A DNA stretch of 64,000 nt from the human T2T-CHM13v2.0 reference genome, Homo sapiens: assembly GCF_009914755.1 (NCBI RefSeq), contig NC_060942.1. One strand, 5' to 3'. Position 1 is the stretch's first letter. Each line of letters begins with the position of its first letter. Below the pieces are notes generated by a model that saw nothing but the letters and a program-made list of their open reading frames with translations, did no database searches and was not told where the DNA came from. This document shows positions 62,272-64,000 of this stretch, one piece after another. A program made the translations under genes and the position numbers.

Positions 62272-63634
62272 TCAATTGTTTTAAAAAATGTAAAACAATA
62301 GAATAAAACAGTTAGTGGATCCCTTGCTTATCTTGCCCTACAATAGAATATTTTCTGACTTTTATTCTTAAGTCACGTTCAAAGCATCAAACCTACTTGA
62401 TAAAACTATGACTTGAACGACTACTCCAGATTTTCATCCCCACGAGTCTGAGAAGCAGATACCTAGTGAGTAAATCCTCCTGAACATGATATTCCTCGTG
62501 ACAGGTACCCAGAGAGCCAAAAGTCTAAGGCAAGAATTATCACCAGCCGCCTCCTGTCCCATTGCTCATTTGACAGTGTTACTATGCTGTTCCCTTATGT
62601 ACCAAGACAGTGTGGAGCCTGTCCTCCAACAAATGGAAAGGCGGCAGGGAGAACAGGGTTCTCTAGGAGCTCTGCAAAGGTCAGGAGATGGGGCTCCTGG
62701 ACTCTGTCACCACCTGCTACTGGCTGGTCAGGGAGTCTTGAAGAAGGCAGTGCCCAAGTTCTTATTAATGACATTCTTTTTTTATAAAAGGCATAATGAA
62801 GCTTACCTGGTCTTAAGTCAGAGTTTTTGGCAAAATATTATGTTTCCTGTCCCTACCATTTACTTTTATGGTTACATGGCCAATTGAGAGATTGATCAAT
62901 CCTACCTGATTGATCAATCAGGATTGCCTGTAGCAAAATTTCACAAAGGAAGTTCACTCCAAGCCACAGCTTTCTGAAGCATAGTCTACCCCAGTTGCCC
63001 TCTTTCCCCTTTCTGGAGCTCCTAAGTCTCATCCAAGCCTCATGCAACTAGTCCTTTTCTTGGTGTAAAAGATCCATGAGGCTGAGTTCTGGGCTCAGTT
63101 TTGCCAGCCCCACGAACTCCCATCTTTGTTGCCCCCAGGAGAGGCCATGACTACACCCTTGATAACTTGGCCCTTTCCGCTGTCTGTGTTCCACAGCCCC
63201 CTTTCTCGTAAGCTGTCCAAACCTGTCTTCCTGAGGACAAAAAGAACTTCACTACAGGGTGAAAAACTGTCTTCCCAATCTGCAAATGTGGCTGCACGTG
63301 ACAGGAATAATTTAACTACCAATTAAAGTGTGTGTGCTACAGAAGCACTTCTCGTCCTCATTTGCTTTATCAGTGTTCATTTATGAATCCATTTTTTTCT
63401 GTCTATTACCCATCGGTAATGAGACCTTAGCAATAGCCTCCGAGTCTCCTCTTGCCAAATCTGCCATCACCACCCCTTCCCAGCACCACAGACACTATCG
63501 TGGGGACTGCCCAGACAGCCAACGGGCCAATCTTCTTAGACACTTGTTTTTCATCTCTCTCTCTCTCTTGCTTATAAATCTTCTGTGATTCCCCATCACA
63601 AATAGAATAAAGCTAAAACATCTCCACTTGACAT

Positions 63635-63735
63635 TCCTGAGTTTAGCCGGCTCTTTCTCCGTTGCAGTTCTCTTGTCTTAATAAATCGGTTCTATCTAGG
63701 CATCAGCCAAGAAGAATCCACTGGGCTAGGTTACA
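63635..63735 (+). mobile_element. ERV1 LTR 3' fragment (MER39-like)
   Basis: cttgtcttaataaatcggttctatctaggca...ggttaca. Confidence 0.5.
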
Positions 63736-64000
63736 GAAGAACAAGAATAACTTCAAAAGCACTTTTCAACTACCCCATCCAACTTCCTCATTTTACTCAC
63801 TTCACAGATTCAGACAAAGATCCAGACATACTCAAAGAACTGGTGGAGTAGGAAGTGGAGATAATTCTGCTGCATTCTGAAAACCACACCATTAAAACAG
63901 ATTAATTCCTGGTGTTCAGAGAACCATTTACATTGCTGATGAATTCATTACTTGTGCCACAATGCTTTCTTACCCATTGCTTGGCTGAAAAGAAAAAAAA

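Overview
Primate genomic DNA, human or a very close hominid, covering the 5' part of ALPK2 (alpha-protein kinase 2, a heart-enriched gene) on the minus strand. Four exons are visible. Non-coding exon 1 ends at a donor after 53919 (start site uncertain, about 54.1-54.25 kb). Exon 2 is 36971-36843 with the ATG at 36951, exon 3 is 32596-32479, and the large exon 4 is 5707-3973. Spliced, they give codons 1-654 in frame: an N-terminal Ig-like domain and a long acidic/low-complexity region. The kinase domain lies outside the window, to the left. Upstream on the + strand is an RPL9 processed pseudogene split by an Alu. The rest is intronic or intergenic and dense in repeats: over 30 Alus/Alu fragments, L1/L2/MIR remnants, MER41, MER4-group, MER21 and MLT1 LTRs, hAT elements and a piggyBac MER75B MITE. 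Nearly all listed ORFs other than exon 4 and the RPL9 remnants are chance or repeat-derived. I see no evidence of a wholly new biological system. The most interesting local signals are: (1) a near-full-circle ORF if exon 4 is back-spliced; (2) a polyadenylated, TSD-flanked MER41 LTR retrocopy carrying a perfect CArG box and tandem STAT motifs next to exon 4; (3) an FFAT-like motif in the exon-4 acidic island; (4) a start-stop uORF overlapping the ALPK2 ATG; (5) a retroposed U28 snoRNA fragment; (6) a MEF2/TEAD/AP-1 cluster in intron 1. Family and gene names come from recall, not from database searches.
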